Shown here: positions 48,154 to 51,760 of the stretch, piece after piece
Layout of the letters: every line of letters starts with the position of its first letter
How positions within the stretch are numbered: the stretch's first letter is position 1
IMG/VR virus record: IMGVR_UViG_3300028920_001945
Span: 64,001 to 115,760 of that record
Origin: a virus
Taxonomy: Duplodnaviria; Heunggongvirae; Uroviricota; Caudoviricetes
Reading direction: 5' to 3' (one strand)
DNA length: 51,760 bases
The notes under the pieces: generated by a model
Seen by the model: the letters and a program-made list of their open reading frames with translations, nothing else
Told to the model about the DNA's origin: nothing
The model's database searches: none
Position numbers and translations under genes: made by a program

Positions 48154-48630
48154 TCACGAATCCATTATACAATGCCCTTTATAGGTTAAAGCTTGTGGCA
48201 GAAGATGTGTAAAGTCAATACTTGCTTCAGTGATTGTATCTGCATCTCCAATTGATATATCGTATCCAGTTACTTGGCATGATCTAAGATACCAACTTAA
48301 ATATGTTGCATCTGAATCTGTTGATACTACACCAGATATTGCTAAATATTTATAAGTACCAGAATCAGTATCCATTAAGTTATCTAGGATATCCGATAGA
48401 CCACTAGTTGCAAATTTTGCAGCTGTTAGAGAACCCTCTAAAGAGAGTGAACCTTGATCGAAGAAGTTTCCTCTTTCTCCAATAAGATTTTGTTCAACTG
48501 TTCCTCTATCTAGAGTAAGTGAGAAATCACCAATACCCCAAGTAGCATGACTCTTATTTGTAAATGTTGGACTACCAGAATGAGCTGCTATGTAAACTTG
48601 TGCATTCTTACCTGTTACAGTTCCAGCCAT
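48154..48630 (-). CDS. Tail tube (major tail) protein paralog 1
   Basis: MAGTVTGKNAQVYI..FSLTLDRGTVEQ..GSLSLEGSLT..CQVTGYDISIG..TEASIDF. Confidence 0.8.
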   Translation of the reverse strand: MAGTVTGKNAQVYIAAHSGSPTFTNKSHATWGIGDFSLTLDRGTVEQNLIGERGNFFDQGSLSLEGSLTAAKFATSGLSDILDNLMDTDSGTYKYLAISGVVSTDSDATYLSWYLRSCQVTGYDISIGDADTITEASIDFTHLLPQALTYKGHCIMDS

Positions 48631-48683
48631 ATTATTTACCTATATTATTGCACATTAAACATACTAAATTGCCTAATTAAACA

Positions 48684-49082
48684 TTAATCATCATGGAATT
48701 GAGTGTGAGTATATGTTTGAGTTTTTCTATAAATTCCAAGTTCATCATCATAAGATTCTACATCAGATTCTTTTCTACAAGTTCCTGATATTAATACCTT
48801 AACTACTTCATCTCCAATCTGTAGTGTCTCTAATCTACTATTTTTTGAGTATATATCTATTTGAATTGTAGCTTCTTCTCTTCTAATTTTTGATCCAGCT
48901 GTTGATGTTCCATATCCCAAGTACCCATAGTCAGAACCACTTACTTGATTTATCGTTATGCAGGGGAAATTATCTTTTGTTTTTACCCATGCAACCTTTA
49001 TATCACTAATTGGTACATAAGAAACAACTGATGAGGAACTAGTGAGAAAACCTCTTAATTTTCTAGTTATATCTAGGGACAT
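48684..49082 (-). CDS. Tail terminator protein (DUF3168-like)
   Basis: FPCITINQV..IQIDIYS; located just before the tail tube. Confidence 0.75.
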   Translation of the reverse strand: MSLDITRKLRGFLTSSSSVVSYVPISDIKVAWVKTKDNFPCITINQVSGSDYGYLGYGTSTAGSKIRREEATIQIDIYSKNSRLETLQIGDEVVKVLISGTCRKESDVESYDDELGIYRKTQTYTHTQFHDD

Positions 49083-49579
49083 TAGAAACCTCTTAATGAT
49101 CGTTTAAGATTGTAGCTTATTACATTATTTAATTGACTTTTTATAGTGGGAGATTGTATTGCTCCTCTATAAAATGATTTTGGAGTCTGTAGAGTAAATG
49201 AAGATTTCCAATTATCTCCAGCTCCTTGTTGTCTTCCAATCGGAAAACCCTTCTTTTTTTTACTTCTAGCTAACACTTTACCCACCCCACCAAATTCAAC
49301 TATATTTGCATGATCAGATGTACAGTCAACTGTATAGTGATAAGACTTTTGTCTCTCTATTTTCCAATTGTCTTTATCAGCTATAGATTGTCCATCTATA
49401 GACAGATAAGGATTTTGAGATGAATTAACTAAATTTTCTATTGCCTTATCTCTAAGATGTTCACCTGCTTCTTGTAAACCCTTGTTTGAGTTTAAAGTTA
49501 GTCTATATTGTAATCTCTTAAGATTTCTGTAGACTTCCTTTCTTCCACTGACTCCCTTAACCTTTAGGAGATAATTCAT
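49082..49579 (-). CDS. HK97 gp10-like neck/tail completion protein
   Basis: HANIVEFG motif, ..FYRGAI, position. Confidence 0.7.
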   Translation of the reverse strand: MNYLLKVKGVSGRKEVYRNLKRLQYRLTLNSNKGLQEAGEHLRDKAIENLVNSSQNPYLSIDGQSIADKDNWKIERQKSYHYTVDCTSDHANIVEFGGVGKVLARSKKKKGFPIGRQQGAGDNWKSSFTLQTPKSFYRGAIQSPTIKSQLNNVISYNLKRSLRGF

Positions 49580-49900
49580 TTATGTTACCTCTCTTAATAG
49601 AGCCTTTTTATGATGGAATGAACTATCCATTTCCATCTCCTTTACTCTATATACTGTGTTACTATAGACTACTTGACTATCTCTTGTTATTGAAGCTGAA
49701 GATAAACAATAGCAAGTGTACGTTACATCATCGAACAGCCCTGGATTTTCTATTCTATCCGCTACTTTAATGGGAACCATTCTACATTTAGTTGGGCTAG
49801 TTGATGTAGTGTAGCTGTATGTCCATTCACCTAAGGCATTCTGAGATGATGATCTCGTTCTTAGATAAATGTTAGTATTTAATAATTCTTCATATGTCAT
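49580..49900 (-). CDS. Head closure (stopper) protein
   Basis: QNALGEW, DSQVVYSNTVYRVK, position. Confidence 0.7.
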   Translation of the reverse strand: MTYEELLNTNIYLRTRSSSQNALGEWTYSYTTSTSPTKCRMVPIKVADRIENPGLFDDVTYTCYCLSSASITRDSQVVYSNTVYRVKEMEMDSSFHHKKALLREVT

Positions 49901-50127
49901 ATTTTTATCCTCTTAGTGTGGATATCATAATGACAAGAGCTACAAACCACCAATAGATTTTCCTCATTATGTCCACCACCCATCCCTACTGGAATTTTAT
50001 GATGGAGATGAAGATTACCTTTTGAGTATCTACCACATACTTGGCATCTATAACCATACTTCTTGAAGAGTTTCCACCTAAGTTTGTTCCAATATATTGG
50101 ATATCTTGGACCTGGTCTATAGGGCAT
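49897..50127 (-). CDS. Minimal HNH endonuclease
   Basis: YRCQVCG..LHLHHKIP..GGGHNEENLLVVCSSCH. Confidence 0.9.
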   Translation of the reverse strand: MPYRPGPRYPIYWNKLRWKLFKKYGYRCQVCGRYSKGNLHLHHKIPVGMGGGHNEENLLVVCSSCHYDIHTKRIKI

Positions 50128-50549
50128 TAATCATTAGCCTTATATAAAGACCATTTCTTAAGAGTACTTCTTTTATTTAACATCTGTAAAGCCATCTTTT
50201 CCCACGTTACAGATATAACGTATGGTGATGATTGTATATCAGTTCCTCTTGATATAGGCTGAGCCAATTCATATTCATAATCACCCAATAATTCTCTATT
50301 TAGAGTGTAATATTTCTTTGCTAATGAGGGTGTTAATATAATTTTTGATGCTATAAGTAAAAGACATGGTAATCTAGCTTTTTCAGCACTAGTAGCACTA
50401 TCATTAAAATATACTGAATTAACGTAATCTTCAACCGACTCTATCTTAATTAGAATTTCTGCTTTTGTGACATCATCATAATCTAGGGGAGGTGAAAAGA
50501 AATTTCTAACGTCCATCTCTCTTACATATTGTGGGGAATAATCAGCCAT
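50127..50549 (-). CDS. Head-tail adaptor protein
   Basis: Helical N-terminus, RELLGDYEYE, position after capsid genes. Confidence 0.6.
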   Translation of the reverse strand: MADYSPQYVREMDVRNFFSPPLDYDDVTKAEILIKIESVEDYVNSVYFNDSATSAEKARLPCLLLIASKIILTPSLAKKYYTLNRELLGDYEYELAQPISRGTDIQSSPYVISVTWEKMALQMLNKRSTLKKWSLYKAND

Positions 50550-50551
50550 AA

Positions 50552-50833
50552 TTAATCACTCATTTCTCCTAATTCAGGTCTTACCCTTCTAACATCTATG
50601 GTCTGTTTCTTTCTAATAGTTGTATCCACTGGAAATGGAAACTGTTTTATCTCAAAGTATTTCTCATTAGTCATTCCTCCACCTTCAGCACCAGATATCT
50701 CGTAATAAGCAAGTTCTGAGGAGGCATACCTCTCGGCATCCCTCAGACCCTTTTTTCTATTATCTTCATACTTCTTTGTTAGGAATAACTGACTATTCTT
50801 AGTGTAATTTCCGGTTCCCTTTCCATGTAACAT
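50552..50833 (-). CDS. Hypothetical protein
   Basis: Open frame in operon; GGTGA SD favours ATG 50833 over GTG 50842. Confidence 0.6.
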   Translation of the reverse strand: MLHGKGTGNYTKNSQLFLTKKYEDNRKKGLRDAERYASSELAYYEISGAEGGGMTNEKYFEIKQFPFPVDTTIRKKQTIDVRRVRPELGEMSD

Positions 50834-50849
50834 TATATTCACCTATCTA

Positions 50850-51125
50850 TTATAGACCTTTTCCTGGGATTAAGTTACCACTAAATACTGGTATGAATCC
50901 CATTCCACCTGCACCTGCTGTTCCTGATATCCAAGTGATTTTCAGCCAACCCATAGTACTTGCGGCTGGTAAAGATACATTATCTTGACGATTACCAGAA
51001 CTCCAGGTTCCTATATTAAATGCATAACCATCAGCATGTGCATAGATTCCTCTACCTTCTTCTTTTAACCATAGTTTTTCTATTTCTAATACTGGAATTT
51101 TTGCTCCGGGCATATTTCCTTCCAA
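50850..51125 (-). CDS. Hypothetical protein (possible capsid-associated)
   Basis: Directly downstream of the major capsid gene; C-terminal GWLKIT..GFIPVF. Confidence 0.55.
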   Translation of the reverse strand: MEGNMPGAKIPVLEIEKLWLKEEGRGIYAHADGYAFNIGTWSSGNRQDNVSLPAASTMGWLKITWISGTAGAGGMGFIPVFSGNLIPGKGL

Positions 51126-51192
51126 CTTATAAAATTAACATAAAACATAAATTAATAACTGTTTAATTTTGCTATCCAGATTCTTAACCGAA

Positions 51193-51759
51193 CTACTTGT
51201 GATAAATTACACAACCAGCTGCTTCATTGAGTACATCCGTACCGAATCTCATCGTTAGGGATATACCAATTAGGTCGTGAATTGGATCATCATATTGTTC
51301 AATGGTTAAGTCTCGTCTCATGCAGAGTGCTGCTAAGTCTTTCTTGGAGAATACTATACCAGTTATATCTGAAGCTGCAGTTGTATCGTCCCATGTTGGG
51401 GATGCTGCATCAGTTGCTGTACAGGTATAAGGCTTTAGTCCCATAATTGTAGTTCCGACATTACCTTGTCTAAGAGCTCCAGGTCCACCTGCATATGATA
51501 CATATGCTAAGTTGGAGTCTTGTAATAGGTATGCTTCTGCAGTTGGATGTAATACGAGAGTATCCGGTAGATAGTCTTGTTTTTTAACTTTACCGACTGC
51601 TTGTGCTATATCAGAAATAGCTATATGAGGTCCAGCTGGGCTTAGAGTACTTGTTGAGATTGCATTTGTTCCTGCAATGATTTGATAGAGAATTTGTCTG
51701 TTGAGAGCATTTTCCATTCTTGCACCAGCTTTTTTGAGTTCTAATTCGACTACATCGAA
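51193..51759 (-). CDS. Major capsid protein, HK97 fold (5' partial, runs off the window)
   Basis: Frame open to the window end (FDVVELELKKAGARMENA..); PDTLVLHP, RRDLTIEQYDDP.HDL.G..TMRFG..VL. Confidence 0.9.
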   Translation of the reverse strand, partial: FDVVELELKKAGARMENALNRQILYQIIAGTNAISTSTLSPAGPHIAISDIAQAVGKVKKQDYLPDTLVLHPTAEAYLLQDSNLAYVSYAGGPGALRQGNVGTTIMGLKPYTCTATDAASPTWDDTTAASDITGIVFSKKDLAALCMRRDLTIEQYDDPIHDLIGISLTMRFGTDVLNEAAGCVIYHK

Positions 51760-51760
51760 T

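Larger units (their letters stand above)
1..51760. mobile_element. Tailed virus/provirus genome segment (siphovirus-like, probable archaeal host)
   Basis: Capsid, head-tail, tail tube, chaperone, tape measure and hub genes in near-canonical order on the - strand; no sheath gene; GGTGA-type SD motifs; no host housekeeping genes or integrase in the window. Confidence 0.9.

Noticed and set aside
47676-48630. Contractile tail (tube plus sheath)
   Set aside because: Both genes are short tube-like paralogs, and no sheath or baseplate wedge (gpJ/gp25-like) gene is recognisable.
1-51760. CRISPR array, tRNA or rRNA genes, alternative genetic code
   Set aside because: No spaced direct repeats or tRNA T-arm consensus were seen by eye. 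Genes pack tightly under the standard code and use all three stop codons.

Overview
A segment of an AT-rich tailed dsDNA virus or provirus (Caudoviricetes, HK97-type capsid, siphovirus-like since no sheath gene is seen). The host is probably archaeal. This is inferred from GGTGA/GAGGTG Shine-Dalgarno motifs, a sequon-rich S-layer-like membrane protein, an intein in UDP-glucose dehydrogenase and no recognisable endolysin. The window has two convergent blocks. (1) + strand 1-18847: a tightly coupled cluster of about 22 glycan genes, including glycosyltransferases, a radical SAM enzyme, RmlD-like reductase, sugar C- and O-methyltransferases, a Maf/Cst-like transferase-NeuB-NeuA triad, LicD, the CDP-3,6-dideoxyhexose genes rfbF/G/H plus a reductase, an intein-containing Ugd and an HNH-cupin fusion. 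(2) - strand 51760-18945: virion morphogenesis, running capsid, head-tail joining, two tail-tube paralogs, a tail chaperone with a probable +1 frameshift (TCC TTT CGT TAA), an ~11.7 kb block of fibre/surface genes, a ~2100 aa tape measure, a split and partly duplicated hub, four paralogous Dit-like genes interleaved with fibres, then a membrane protein, HNH and nuclease. The most promising candidate system is virus-encoded glycosylation (nonulosonate, dideoxyhexose, methyl, sulfate and phosphodiester decoration) next to a paralog-expanded fibre apparatus built from shared repeats I do not recognise. All product calls come from motif recognition by eye; no database searches were run.
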